DNA of 63,700 bases, the filler included, from Reclinomonas americana ATCC 50394 (lineage: Eukaryota), in the NCBI GenBank assembly GCA_048213135.1. It is 6 parts of 3 records of this genome, joined end to end, with 100 filler letters (N's around TTAATTAATTAA, not from the genome) between each part and the next. Parts side by side here need not be neighbours in the genome. Positions count along the whole stretch, not along the records: positions 17,513 to 38,165 come from PS015336.1; 5 more parts are not named here. One strand, 5' to 3'. Shown here piece after piece: positions 17,847 through 31,455 of this stretch. The notes beneath the pieces were generated by a model. The model did no database searches. It was not told the origin of the DNA and saw only the letters and a program-made list of their open reading frames with translations. The translations under genes and the position numbers were made by a program. Every line of letters begins with the position of its first letter. Within the stretch, counting starts at the first letter, position 1.

Positions 17847-18041
17847 TTCCTTTCGTGATTGTTTACCCTTTCCTTTGTTGTTTGTCCTTCTCTTCTTTTT
17901 TTTTTGCCTTTCCTCCGTTACTTGTACCTCGTCAGCTTTCAGTTTGCCGGTAGTTGCGTGCTTGCTTGCCATGTCAATGTAACCGCTCCGACTCGCAAAC
18001 AACACCAGTATAGATCTATTAGGCACCTACTTCTATTACCC

Positions 18042-20172
18042 TTACTCCTCCTGTAATCTCTGCGCGCCGCCACCCGCCGCCTCGGCCTCCTTCTTGGCCA
18101 CCGCCACAGCGCGCTCAGCCAGCGGCAGGTTCCACTCCCACGTCAGTCGCAGCGAGATGAAGAATGTAATAAACGTCACGGTCGACCCGAGCAGGAAAGT
18201 CAGGCTCTGATCGAGAGGGAAGAAGTGAATGCCGTTGCGGGAGGACCAAGCGAAGAGAGGTGCGGAGATGAGTGGGCCCAGGAAGCGTGCAAATGCTGCC
18301 ATGCTCTGCGACATGCCATTGACGTAGCCACGCGCGGACGCGCTGCAGAGACCATCGCAGCAAGCAAATGAGAAAAATAAACGAGGCAATCGATTCGTCG
18401 TCACCGCTCCACCACGAACCTCACGCAATTGTTCAACACAATGATGACGCTGGAGAACGCGCTGACGCCTGTGATGGCGCGCACCACCATAAATGCCAGC
18501 AGGACCACCCACATGGACACCGACGAAGCGTCGCTGTTGGCCGGTGGTGCCAGCAAGTTCACGTACGGCATGAACGCAAAGGGGATGACCAGCAACAGGC
18601 CGACACGGAGCGTCCACAGCTTGCCAAAGCGGTTCATGAGCGGCGGAATGACGAACAGTTGGCACAGTACCATGCAGATGCCGGCGAACGACTGCAGGGT
18701 GGAAAGAGAGAGCGAAAGGGTTGGAATGAAAAGGATTACTCGAGCGAACAGCTCCTGCAACTAACGCTCTCCCCAACAACTTCAACGCAACCAACCATCG
18801 CGTGCATGCAAAGAGAGCATCTCTCTCCACATCTCTTCTCAAAAGTAGTGAACTAACATGCTGAGAATATACGTTTCTCTTCATGCAAGAAACGCTTCTT
18901 TCACCAACCCGCCTTGGGGTGATATCTGAGTCAAGTCACAGAGCACCAGCTTCCTTCTAACAACGATCGCTTGCATTCTACCGGCTCTGAGCACTTGCTC
19001 CCTCAGACAGCCAACGAGTGCGTCTCTCGTCATCTCGCCTTTCGGGAAAACATCATTTAACTTACGTACCATACGCTTCCTTCACACAGAGAGAGAAACA
19101 TCTGCATCTCACTGAGACACCACTTTTGTTGCACAGCGTTTGCTCGCTCTCTTCCGCTATCGACGATTAGTCACTGAGTGCTCCATAATCAACAAATCTC
19201 ACACACAGCACTGCCTCCGCTACATCCTCCTTCCCCCACATCCCCCACATCCCCTCTCACACTGTCCCGCCACACGGCCTCCACAACACCGTCTCCCAGC
19301 NNNNNNNNNNNNNNNNNNNNGGCGGGACAGAGTGAGAGGGATGTGGGGGAAGTGGGGAGAGGGTGTTGTGGAGGCAGTGTGGCGGAACAGTGTGAGAGGG
19401 GGAGTGGGGGAAGCGGGGAGACGGTGTTGTGGAGGCCGTGTGGCGGGACAGTGTGAGAGGGGAANNNNNNNNNNNNNNNNNNNNNNNNNNNNNNNNNNNN
19501 NNNNNNNNNNNNNNNNNNNNNNNNNNNNNNNNNNNNNNNNNNNNNNNNNNNNNNNNNNNNNNNNNNNNNNNNNNNNNNNNNNNNNNNNNNNNNNNNNNNN
19601 NNNNNNNNNNNNNNNNNNNNNNNNNNNNNNNNNNNNNNNNNNNNNNNNNNNNNNNNNNNNNNNNNNNNNNNNNNNNNNNNNNNNNNNNNNNNNNNNNNNN
19701 NNNNNNNNNNNNNNNNNNNNNNNNNNNNNNNNNNNNNNNNNNNNNNNNNNNNNNNNNNNNNNNNNNNNNNNNNNNNNNNNNNNNNNNNNNNNNNNNNNNN
19801 NNNNNNNNNNNNNNNNNNNNNNNNNNNNNNNNNNNNNNNNNNNNNNNNNNNNNNNNNNNNNNNNNNNNNNNNNNNNNNNNNNNNNNNNNNNNNNNNNNNN
19901 NNNNNNNNNNNNNNNNNNNNNNNNNNNNNNNCAACACCCTCTCCCCGCTTCCACCACATCCCCTCTCACTTTTGCCCCCAAACACACACCTGCGAGATTG
20001 ACATTTGCTGCGGATCGAAGCTCAGCCCGCCCTCCGACACCTCCTTCACCATCCACAACGGGAAGATCTCGTCAAAGATGGAGAAGGCAAACGCTGCATG
20101 CGCCCTCCCATGTGAGTAAACCTTTTCTCACCAAGAGGCGGCCGCGTTTCAGTCGCTCACTGCTCACTCTGC

Positions 20173-20208
<36 letters not shown>

Positions 20209-22423
20209 CTCTCTCTTGCTCAGTCGCTCAGCACTCACCAATATTGACATAGATAATGGTCGGAATCAGCAGCCCGTTGGTGAGGAAAACGGCGAGTGTG
20301 TGCTTGCCCCTGTAGTTGGCCATCTTGGTGCGCTGCACCGCCGGGCAACAGCGGCATAAACAACCGAATGTGTCGATCAGCGCCAGTCCAATGCCCTTGA
20401 AGCACGGCTGCGCCACTACCGGCGCATCCTCGGCCTTGTTGGGCACCGGTGCCGACGACAGCAGACCGTTGCCACTGCGGGAGGCGCCGGCGCCGGTCCG
20501 CTCACCCTCCTCACGGCCGTCACCCTCATCGCCTTCTGCATCGGGTGCGCGCATCATCTCCGGCTCCACCTTGCTGCTCTGCTCCTTGTTCTCCTCTCCT
20601 TCTCCTTCCTCCTCGGCGTCGCTGTCGACCTCGTCACCGTCCACCAGACTGCTGAGTGAAACCGTGCGCATCTCCACATCTTCGGTGGCGGCACGCGACG
20701 CGGGTGCCGACTTGGCGAATTTGGGACTCTCGCGCAGCGTGAACACGCCGAGCAGCACGGCCATACTTGCCAGTGTGGAGGAGACCACGGACGGCAGCAG
20801 GAAGGGGAAGGAGCGGAAGAATGCATTGTCGAAGAGCGCCCAGTGGGCGGCGGGGTTGGCCAGTGCGCCGCCGACGAGCGGACCGGCCATGAGGCCTACA
20901 TAAGTGGGTGAATGAGTGAGCGGGAAGGGATAAGGGAGAGAAAAGATGCCATATGGACTCACCCAACCCCCACATGCCCGACATGACGGAGAAGCCACGA
21001 GCCTGCGACAGAGACAATCAAATCACAAGCAGATGCCGGTGCCACCACCTGTGTCACTAACCTGATTGGTGCTGTCGGTCAACTCGGCTGTGCCACACAC
21101 GGTGGTGAGATGATGGAGCATTGCGGGAAAAATACACACGGTGCATCTCACCGAGATATGTCTTGGCTTGCGCGACATTCCCGCTGAGCAAGCCGGCCAG
21201 GGAGCGGAAGACGACAGCCGACGCAAAGTTCACTGCCACAACACCAGGAATTTAGTGGAAGAGAATTTGTGCAGCAAAACAAGTGCAAGACTCACCGGAG
21301 AAGCCAAAGCCGAGCGAGGTAATAATGAGTCCTGAGAGCGGGTGGGGTGAATGGACTGAAAAGAGGGAAGGAGTTGGAGAGAACACGCACCGGTGGTCCC
21401 AAAGATGAGCACCGGCCGCCTGCCCACTCGATCCGCCAGCGAGCCAAAGTATGGGCCCGAAAAGAATTGCGACATGGCGAATGATCCGGCCAGGAAGCCT
21501 GTGATGGGGTGGAGAGGGAGAAGAAGGGAGAGAGGGAGGGAGTGAGTGAGGGAGAAGAAGAACGGGGGGAAACGAGAAGGAGAAGAGGAGAAAGCAGAGA
21601 GAGAGAGAAGAACTTGTGCAGCGTGGGGATGAAAACGCAGCACAAGACGGGCAAGAGAAGCGGAAGAGGAGGAGGAAGAAGAAAAACAAGATGAAGAGGG
21701 AGGAGGGGGATTGAAGGGGGAGGGAGATGAGAAGGAGAGGAGAAGGAGGAGGGGGAGGAAGAAGAAGACTAGGAGGAGAAGAAGAAGAAGAAGGCGAAGA
21801 GGAAGAAGAACGGGAAGAAGAAGAAGGAAGGGGAAGAAGAAGAAGAAAATGAACAAGAAGAAGAAGGAAGAGAAGATTAGGATGAGGAGGGGGAGGAAAA
21901 GGAGGAGAAGGAGGGTGAGGAGGAGAAGGAAGAGGAGAAGGGAGAGGAGGAGGAGGAGGAGGAGGAGGNNNNNNNNNNNNNNNNNNNNNNNNNNNNNNNN
22001 NNNNNNNNNNNNNNNNNNNNNNNNNNNNNNNNNNNNNNNNNNNNNNNNNNNNNNNNNNNNNNNNNNNNNNNNNNNNNNNNNNNNNNNNNNNNNNNNNNNN
22101 NNNNNNNNNNNNNNNNNNNNNNNNNNNNNNNNNNNNNNNNNNNNNNNNNNNNNNNNNNNNNNNNNNNNNNNNNNNNNNNNNNNNNNNNNNNNNNNNNNNN
22201 NNNNNNNNNNNNNNNNNNNNNNNNNNNNNNNNNNNNNNNNNNNNNNNNNNNNNNNNNNNNNNNNNNNNNNNNNNNNNNNNNNNNNNNNNNNNNNNNNNNN
22301 NNNNNNNNNNNNNNNNNNNNNNNNNNNNNNNNNNNNNNNNNNNNNNNNNNNNNNTTCCTTACCTAACTACGGTACGTCCTTCCCCTACCCTCCTCCTACT
22401 CTACCCCTCCCTCCTCTCTCTCC

Positions 22424-22467
<44 letters not shown>

Positions 22468-22863
22468 TTCCCTTCTCACGCACCTGCCCAATAACCAATC
22501 GCACTCTTCTCATGCGCCATCCCAAAGAACTCAATCATACTCGGCAAGTACGGAAACACATTCGTCTTCACAAACCAACACACAGAGAGAGAGAGAGTGA
22601 GTGCAAGAGAGAAAAGAGAACACACATCATTTGACACAAACGCAACATAGTTAAATGACTGCACAATAAGAGTGAGAGGAGCAGTGAGAGAGAGGTGCAT
22701 GTGTGTGTGAGAGAGAGTGTGCGTCTCTCACCTCGCAAAACTGAATGAGTGCAATCACAAGCAACTGCTTCAACGGAAGCGGTGTTCTCTTCACTGAGGT
22801 GGGCGAAGAAGAAGGAGAAGAAGAAGTGACGGGAATCGCCACTTGAGAGGCTCCGCGTAGCAT
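18042..22863 (-). CDS. MFS transporter (ZIFL/DHA1-like), multi-exon
   Basis: TPLPLKQLLVIALIQFCE, VFPYLPSMI, GYWAGFLAGSF, MFS motif A GSLADRVGRRPVL, AELTDSTNQARGFS, GPLVGGALANP, FPFLLPS, RGYVNGMSQSMAAFARFLGP. Confidence 0.88.
19205..19970. repeat. Intronic ~60-bp minisatellite, with the 19321-19464 piece in inverted orientation between gaps
   Basis: Unit cacatcccctctcacactgtcccgccacacggcctccacaacaccgtctccc and its reverse complement flank N gaps. Confidence 0.7.
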
Positions 22864-23775
22864 TCCTCGCCTCTCTGTGTGTCAAAGAAGCTCCGATGTC
22901 GGAGTTGTCACGTTTGCAAATTGTTTTTTGCTTTTTTTCGTTGCTCTCTCGTGTGTGTGTGTGAGTGCGGTGTGTGTAATATGCAGCTGCGTGTGAAAGA
23001 ACGACGCACCATTCATTCTTTCTGTGCATTTTGCAATTGTCGACGTCAACGTCGACGTCGCGTTCGATCGCGAGGAGGCTCACTTGCGCCTAAAACAGAG
23101 CGAACACCGACACGAAAATCTGTACGAATTGTGCCCACCACGCGAATCTTATTGGGACTGGCCACGGCAGGTACGGCATTATCCAGCTGGCAACGGTGAG
23201 AATGATGTCGACGGCTCTTGCTTTCCTGCCGCCCGCTCGTTGGAGAAGGCTGACAGTCTGGTTGCCAAGCCTGGTGACTCGGGCGACAGTGGTAGCTGAG
23301 CCAGGCATGTCGGCGTCTGCAGCACAGCACAGCGTTTGACGATCGCGATGAATTAAGTTTCGAACGCGCGCGCAGCGCTGATCATGATCATGAGAACTGC
23401 ACGTGCACAACGAAACTGGTGCGATCCTGTCTCTGCAGTGGCTCTGTGCTCTCTGGAGACCGTGGAGGTTGCGTGAGGTCTTGAGAGGCGAGTGGTGGTG
23501 GTGTTTGCTCCATGAATGGATCGAAAAGAAGTCGAAATGCGACAACCCGACAGACTGTGACAGGATGCACGGGGCAGATTGTGCACAAACCCGACACCAT
23601 TCCCGGCCGGCCGACCACGTGAGCGTGCATTTTCGAGGCCAATTCACTCCAGGGCAGGTGGCGAAGTGGCGAGCTCGAGCGCAGCAGGGCGAAGTTCACC
23701 GCCAAAAATTTGAATTTTGAAGACAACACAAAAAAAACTTCTCGCACTCGTCGTCGTGAGCAGGAAGAACACACC

Positions 23776-24822
23776 ATGCGCATGCTCGTCGTCATTCTGA
23801 TTTTTGTGGCGCTGCTCCTCGGCATGGCGCTCGCCCAGCCAACCCCGCCGACCCCGCCGACTCCTCCGGGCCCTGGCCCCACACCACCTCACCCGCACCC
23901 ACACCCACACGGTCGCGTGAGTGAGCATGGTGTCTTCTGCCGCACCTGGCGCAGCAGCGGCCCGCACCCTCACAGGTGAGAGAGAGACATACGCGTGATG
24001 TGTTCGGTTATTGCGAGAAGAATGGATCGTCAATGTTCTCGCAGTGGCGAGGAGGAGGAGGAGGTGGAAGGCACAATTGAGCAGGAGATGGAGGCGCTGG
24101 GTGTGCCGGCCGACGCACCTCGTCCGGGACCGCATGATCGTGTGTCGCACGCGGCTGTGTTTTGCCGCATGTTCCGCCGCGGTGGCGCTCGTCCACACCC
24201 GCACCCTCACCCGCACCCGCACCCCCATGCGGCCGCTGACTCTGATGACGATGAGCAGCAGCAGCTGATGACCATGGCGCTGAACAACATGTCGAGCGCG
24301 TTCGAGGACAGCCAGTGGGCGGAGGAGGAGGAGGAGGAGGAGGTGCCGGTGGACCCAGAAGTGCAGGGAAGCCTGATCTGTGCTGCGTGCCAGCTGCTGC
24401 AGACAAAGTTGCAGGCCTTTGTGCAGAACGTGAGTCGCCCTTTGGTGTTGGATGCAGGCGATTCGTGATCTTAAAATGGAGTGCGCGTGCACGTGCAGGA
24501 GGCCAACATTACGCAGGCAAAGATCGAGGCCTTCCTCGGCTCCGTCTGCAGCAACTTTGGCCTGCTGAAGTCGCCGTGTGATGTTTCGTGCAGCAGCAGC
24601 AGCTGTGGCGCACGATCTGTATGAGGTGGCTGATTTTTTTTCTGCGATCGGCAGGCTCTGGTTCATGAGTTCAGCGGCGCGATTGTGGCGTACGTCATGT
24701 CGAAGGCCCCGATTGACCAGGTGCGTCGTGTACTTGTGTGTGGTCTCGTGTACATGCATGATGCTCACTGGACACTGGTGTGCGCTTCGTAGATGTGTGC
24801 TGCCTTGCACATTTGCAAGTGA
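23776..24822 (+). CDS. Secreted saposin-like protein with Pro/His-rich repeated pro-region
   Basis: Signal peptide MRMLVVILIFVALLLGMALAQ. C-terminal saposin-B cysteine pattern LICAACQLL..SVCSNFGLLKSPCDALV..MCAALHICK*. Five exons. Confidence 0.82.
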
Positions 24823-26028
24823 GTTGCAATGGGGGTGAGGAGCTCTTCTCGTCTGTGAATTCGAATGAAGTGAACCACCATGTATGGAGAGGAGTGTGTT
24901 GTTGTTGGTATCGGCAAAAGAAAGCTTGTGGGCATTTGTCGTAGTGAGCATGTCTTGCACGTTTCTTCCCCTCCACGACAACACTGTGTCTGTGGTCAAT
25001 GTCGCCTTCAACCCTCAGTCCTCTTGTTTCTCACTGTGCGGCCACCGGTCAGTGGCTGTCACAGTGTTTGAAATCACTGCTGCGACAACAATGACAACAA
25101 CAACAACAACTGCGCCCACCACCAGCCACCACCGATATGAGCCTCACCAACAACATGACAAGCTCTCTTCTATGTTTCAACCACGCCAACCAACGTACGA
25201 CGCCCCCACTGCTTTTGCTTTGCCTGCTTCACGGATCCGGACCCGGCTTTGCAATTGCTTTGTTTGCCTGGCTTATGGCCTTTTCCCGCATTCGATGTGC
25301 AGTGTACGATCGCAGAAAACGCTATGCGTCTATGCAAGTGCGTCAAATCCACTGGTCAACCACGCTTATGCGGTGAAGATCGCAGTTCTCGACTTGTTCG
25401 GAGCTCCGAGAGCGAACACACAAACAACAATTCATTCACCNNNNNNNNNNNNNNNNNNNNNNNNNNNNNNNNNNNNNNNNNNNNNNNNNNNNNNNCACAA
25501 AAGGAACCTGCTGCTGCCTCAAGATTGGTGTCTGTGTTGATGTTTTGGATACGGTTGAACTTGGTCATCAAGACAGCTGTTGCTTGCAATTGTTTGTTGG
25601 TGAATGAATTTAAACGTGTGGGCGCTTGTCGTGCGTGTTGATCGCTGCGAGACACTGTTTTCCACCAGCAACACACCCGCTCGAATATCCGCTTGACCCA
25701 CATGCTGCAATTTATATTTCCTTTTGTCAGTTACCACGTTATGTAGCCGTTTGCTTGTTTACAGCATCGCTCACAAAACGCTCACTTGTCACCTCGCGCT
25801 CCATCAACACCCGCGCGCACACACACAGAGACAGAGACAGACAATCGCAGAGTCACTTAAACACACAGAGTGAGAGTGCGCGCGCGCGTGTGTGTGAGTG
25901 TGAGTGAGAGTGAAAAAACCAATCGCACATTGGGTGCGTTTTTTTGCGTGAGAGAGAGAGAGGCACACGCGCACGAGTGTGTGTGTGTCAGAGAGTGAGT
26001 GTGTGAGTGTGTCTCTCAGTGAGAGCAG

Positions 26029-29000
26029 ATGAGCAAGGGTCCTCCACAGCCGAACGAGAACATTGAGCGACACGTGCTCCGTCGTTATGACATTGTGCAC
26101 AAACTCGGTCAAGGAGTTGCGTCTCTCTCACAGGCACACTCTCACTCACACACACACACACACACACGCTGTCTCACTCTGTTGAGCGCGCGCGTGTGTG
26201 TGAGTGGACGCACGCTTGTCTGTGTGGGGCTCTCAGGGGTCCGAAGTGAGTAACGCACTCTTCCACTCTGTCTCACTCTTCTCACACTCACTCAGACACA
26301 AGCACGCACACGCGCTCTCTCCCTCTCACGCAAACGCAGCTGTCTCACGCGCGCACTGAGCGCACAAGTGACTCATATTACACTCTTCTCACACCCACAC
26401 TCACGCACTCTCCTCCCCCCTCTTCGCCCCTCTTCACCCCCGCGTAAACACTGTCCATCTCTCATGCGTACACACACGTTCACACACACGCAACCNNNNN
26501 NNNNNNNNNNNNNNNNNNNNNNNNNNNNNNNNNNNNNNNNNNNNNNNNNNNTCACACCTTGACCACGTGCACAATACATTTCACTCACTCTTTCACCCTT
26601 TGCTTATCACCCTCACTCATTGTCACTCATTGACACACCGAGTACACTGTGCCGGCCAGCACCTCTGTGTCCTCTGTCTGACCAATCACTCGTCATTATC
26701 TTCGTATATTGGCATATTTTCGCGCACGTCTCTCACTCCGCCGTGTGACAGGCGTATGGCATTGTGTGGAAGGCGGTGGATCGGCGGAGCAAGGAGGTGG
26801 TGGCGTTGAAGAAGATTTTCGATGGCTTCCAGAACGCCACGGACGCGCAGCGCACGTTTCGTGAGATTTACTTTCTGCGCGCTCTCAACGGCCACGAGAA
26901 CCTCGTGCGGCTGGTCAATGTGCTGCGCGCGGAGAACGACAAGGATATCTACTTGGTGTTTGAGTACATGGGTGAGCGAGNNNNNNNNNNNNNNNNNNNN
27001 NNNNNNNNNNNNNNNNNNNNNNNNNNNNNNNNNNNNNNNNNNNNNNNNNNNNNNNNNNNNNNNNNNNNNNNNNNNNNNNNNNNNNNNNNNNNNNNNNNNN
27101 NNNNNNNNNNNNNNNNNNNNNNNNNNNNNNNNNNNNNNNNNNNNNNNNNNNNNNNNNNNNNNNNNNNNNNNNNNNNNNNNNNNNNNNNNNAGTGTGTATG
27201 TGCGCGGATACCTACAGCCTCGCATTGTACTCACACCGCGGTGCGCAGAGACGGATCTGCACGCGGTCATTCGGGCCAACATCTTGGAGGAGATCCACAA
27301 GCAGTACATTATCTACCAGACGCTCAAGGCCCTCAAGTACATTCACTCGGCCGAGATTATTCACCGCGACATGAAGGTCTGGCGTCACTCCTCTTTCACG
27401 GCCAGCTGCGTCTGTCTGACACGTTACTGTGGCAGCCGAGCAACCTGCTCCTCAACTCGTCATGTCAGCTGAAAGTGGCCGATTTCGGGCTGGCGCGCTC
27501 GCTCGTCTCCAAGTACCCGCTCTCTCAATTGACCGAGTACGTGGCGACGCGGTGGTATCGCGCACCAGAGCTCCTCTTGTCGTCCAACAAGTACGGTTAT
27601 GGCGTCGACATGTGGTCCATCGGGTGCATCATGGGAGAGCTGCTGAAGGGGAAGCCGATGTTTGCGGGTGAGTACGAGAGAGAGGCGAAGAGAGAGAGAG
27701 AGAGGGAGTGGATGAAGGGAATCGAGGTGACAGGCCTCGTTCTGAGCGGGGTCTTCCTCTCATTTCGAAACTCGTCTTCTCTCACTCATTTGTTTGCTTG
27801 CTCGTCTCTCACTCTGTGCGGGTTGCTGAGTAGTCTCACACCACATTGCCGTTCTCTCCTTTCTTTCACATCTCATGTCTCCCTCCAGCTTCCCCGAGTC
27901 ATTCACGTCTCGCTCTCCTGGTTTGCGGCGCAGCCTCTGTCGCGCACATTCTCTTTGTCTTCTTTGCTGACTTGCGCGTCTCTTGTTCTTTGCCGAGCTG
28001 CCTGTCTCCGGTCTCGTTGTCTCTCTCACTGTACTCCATGTCTATCGCTCGCTGTACTCCATGTCTCTCGCTGTGCTCCATTACTCTCGCAGAGCATTAT
28101 GTCTCCCACCGTGCTTCTCTCTCTCTCTCTCTCTCTCGGTGTGCTCCATGTCTCTCTCGCTGTGTTTCATGTCTCTCTCGCCGTGCTCCATGTCTCTCTC
28201 GCTGCGCTCCTTGTCTCTCGCTGTGCTCCCTGTCTCTCGCTGTGCTCCCTGTCTCTCTCGCTGTGCTCCATGTCTCTCGCTGTGCCTCATGTCTCCCACT
28301 GTGCTTTCTCTCTCTCGCTGTGCTCCTTGCCTCTCTCGCTATGTTCCATGCTTTCGCTGTGCTCCGTGTCTCTCGCTGTGCTACAAGTCTCTTGCTGTGC
28401 TCATGTCTTTCTCGCTCGCTGTGTTCCATGCCTCACTTGCTGTGCTCCTGCCTCTCGCTGTGCTCCCTGTCTCTCGCTGTGCTCCTTGTCTCTCTCGTTG
28501 TGCTCCCTGTCTCTCGCTGTGCTCCTTGTCTGTCTCGTTGTGCTCCCTGTCTCTCTCGCTGTGCTCCATGTCTCTCTCTCTGTTCCCCATGTCTCTCTCG
28601 CCGTGCTCCGTGTCTCTCTCGCTGTGCTTCATGCCTCTCTCGTTGTACTCCCTGTCTCGCGCTGTGCTCCCTGTGTCTCGCTGTGCTCCTTGCCTCTCTT
28701 GCTGTGCTCCTTGCCTCTCTCGCTGTGCTCCATGCGTCTCGCTGAGTCAATTCTCTCCCTTCCCCTCCCTTCCCCCTCCCTTCCCCTCCCTTCCCCCTCC
28801 CTTCCCCTTTCTTCCCCTCCCTTCCCCCTCCCTTCCCCTTTCNNNNNNNNNNNNNNNNNNNNNNNNNNNNNNNNNNNNNNNNNNNNNNNNNNNNNNNNNN
28901 NNNNNNNNNNNNNNNNNNNNNNNNNNNNNNNNNNNNNNNNNNNNNNNNNNNNNNNNNNNNNNNNNNNNNNNNNNNNNNNNNNNNNNNNNNNNNNNNNNNN

Positions 29001-31455
29001 NNNNNNNNNNNNNNNNNNNNNNNNNNNNNNNNNNNNNNNNNNNNNNNNNNNNNNNNNNNNNNNNNNNNNNNNNNNNNNNNNNNNNNNNNNNNNNNNNNNN
29101 NNNNNNNNNNNNNNNNNNNNNNNNNNNNNNNNNNNNNNNNNNNNNNNNNNNNNNNNNNNNNNNNNNNNNNNNNCTCGAGCCTCTGCCGCGCCGCCGACCA
29201 CACCGAGTGGATTCGAGGACGACGACGACAGCGTGCTGTGCGTGTTGCAGCTGCCGGCGACGGGTGGTGCGTGCATGCTGTTGCTGGTGCTGTGCGACGG
29301 TGTGCCGGCGGGCGAAGCCGCCACGGCTCTTGACGCGGCGGCGGCCACTGGTGTCGAACCGTTTCCCGCAGCCGCTGCGCTGCCCGCCGCTCCACCTGCG
29401 CCCGCCGCCGCCGCAGCGGCGACCGTGGAGGCCGGAGTCGCCGGCGACGAGCCCGTCACAGAGGCGGGCGTGGGTGGGTCGCGAAACCCACCCTCGCGAG
29501 TCTCACCACGTCCCTCGCCACGCGTCTCTCCTCGTTGACGCGGTCGCAGAATGTCATTGTAGATTTTTTCCCTGTAGTCATCCACCGATAACCTGCGATA
29601 ATCATGGGGTGAGGAGGAGAAGAGGACGGGGAGGAGGAGGAGAGGGAGGAGAATGGACGTACCGCACGTTCTCGTCCAGTGGCAGCTTGATGAGCTTCTC
29701 GCACCGCAGCTCGGCGGCCTCGTCGTGAAACGCGCGCACGTACGGATGCGCCAGTGCCTCCTCCACCGTCAGCCGCCGTGTGGGGTTGAAGACGAGCAGC
29801 TTCTCCATCAAATCAATGGCCTCCTCCGAGGCGCGCGGGAACATTTCGCTCGCCCGCTTCTTCTCCGTCGGCGGCAGCTGGCCGAGAATCTTGGCGGCGT
29901 AGGGCGAGTGCATGCTTTCCACGTCGGAGGGGGTGGGAGGGCCGGTGAATTCGACAATGAGTTGGAGTTGGTTGAGGGTGCTGGTGCCTGCAGATTGGGG
30001 AAGATTAGGGAAGATTAGGGAAAGGGGGGGGGAGGGGAAGGGAGGGGAANNNNNNNNNNNNNNNNNNNNNNNNNNNNNNNNNNNNNNNNNNNNNNNNNNN
30101 NNNNNNNNNNNNNNNNNNNNNNNNNNNNNNNNNNNNNNNNNNNNNNNNNNNNNNNNNNNNNNNNNNNNNNNNNNNNNNNNNNNNNNNNNNNNNNNNNNNN
30201 NNNNNNNNNNNNNNNNNNNNNNNNNNNNNNNNNNNNNNNNNNNNNNNNNNNNNNNNNNNNNNNNNNNNNNNNNNNNNNNNNNNNNNNNNNNNNNNNNNNN
30301 NNNNNNNNNNNNNNNNNNNNNNNNNNNNNNNNNNNNNNNNNNNNNNNNNNNNNNNNNNNNNNNNNNNNNNNNNNNNNNNNNNNNNNNNNNNNNNNNNNNN
30401 NNNNNNNNNNNNNNNNNNNNNNNNNNNNNNNNNNNNNNNNNNNNNNNNNNNNNNNNNNNNNNNNNNNNNNNNNNNNNNNNNNNNNNNNNNNNNNNNNNNN
30501 NNNNNNNNNNNNNNNNNNNNNNNNNNNNNNNNNNNNNNNNNNNNNNNNNNNNNNNNNNNNNNNNNNNNNNNNNNNNNNNNNNNNNNNNNNNNNNNNNNNN
30601 NNNNNNNNNNNNNNNNNNNNNNNNNNNNNNNNNNNNNNNNNNNNNNNNNNNNNNNNNNNNNNNNNNNNNNNNNNNNNNNNNNNNNNNNNNNNNNNNNNNN
30701 NNNNNNNNNNNNNNNNNNNNNNNNNNNNNNNNNNNNNNNNNNNNNNNNNNNNNNNNNNNNNNNNNNNNNNNNNNNNNNCTGAGGCGCGTGCTGCCGTGCT
30801 GGAGAGCCGTGCGGGAGGAGTTCGCGACTCGGTCGCCTCCTCCTCCTCATCCTCCTCGTCCAACACCACCACCACCACCACCACAACAACAACACAGGCG
30901 ATGGCGGCTGCCGCTAGTCGCGAGGCACTCGATCGTGAACGTATGATGCAGCGCTCACGGCAAATGTCTCGCGCACAACAGCGCTCCGCCTCGCCCGGCG
31001 TGCTCTCGCGCACAGTCTCATCACCGTCGGCCTCCAATCTCGGTCTCGTCGCCTCCTCACCCTCACAACAACAACAACAGCAGCAGCAGCAACTATTACA
31101 GCAGCAACAGCAACAGCAGCAGCAAAGACTCGGCTCTCCTGCACACGCCTCAATGTCGGTTACAGGCACCGGAGCCGTTAGCATCTACGGTGGTGTGAGT
31201 GGAAGCATGGCGGCGGCGTATGCCAGTCTCGCCGCCACCTCCTCACAACCGCCCTCCTCGTCACTGCTGGTCAGCTCATCGCCGCCACCACCATCCTCAC
31301 AAGGCGGCTCGATGCTGTACGCCAATGGCGTGCCAGCCGTGCTTGGCCCGTCGATGACTGCCAGTGGAGCACCACCCTCGCGGCAACAAGGACGCTCACG
31401 TGGCGATTTGCTGCCGTCACCACAACGGAGGCGCACGAGGAGTCGATCAAGGTGA
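26029..31455 (+). CDS. MAPK15: ERK7/ERK8-type MAP kinase; internal contig 29174-30049 lies inverted
   Basis: [77 protein letters not shown]. The continuation [28 protein letters not shown] is on the minus strand, 29988-29174. Low-complexity tail 30779-31455. Confidence 0.88.
28020..28745. repeat. Intronic ~19-21-bp minisatellite (tctctcgctgtgctcc[a/c/t]tg)
   Basis: Dozens of degenerate tandem copies in the MAPK intron. Confidence 0.9.

Noticed and set aside
19205..19464. Inverted repeat as a MITE or hairpin element
   Set aside because: The inversion points coincide with N gaps inside a minisatellite; likely a mis-oriented contig.
23024..23299. 91-aa ORF between the MFS and saposin genes
   Set aside because: GTG start only, no recognisable motif or splice support.
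10292..31184. Long ORF-track entries through N gaps, microsatellites and minisatellites
   Set aside because: Open only because Ns and simple repeats lack stops; mostly intronic.
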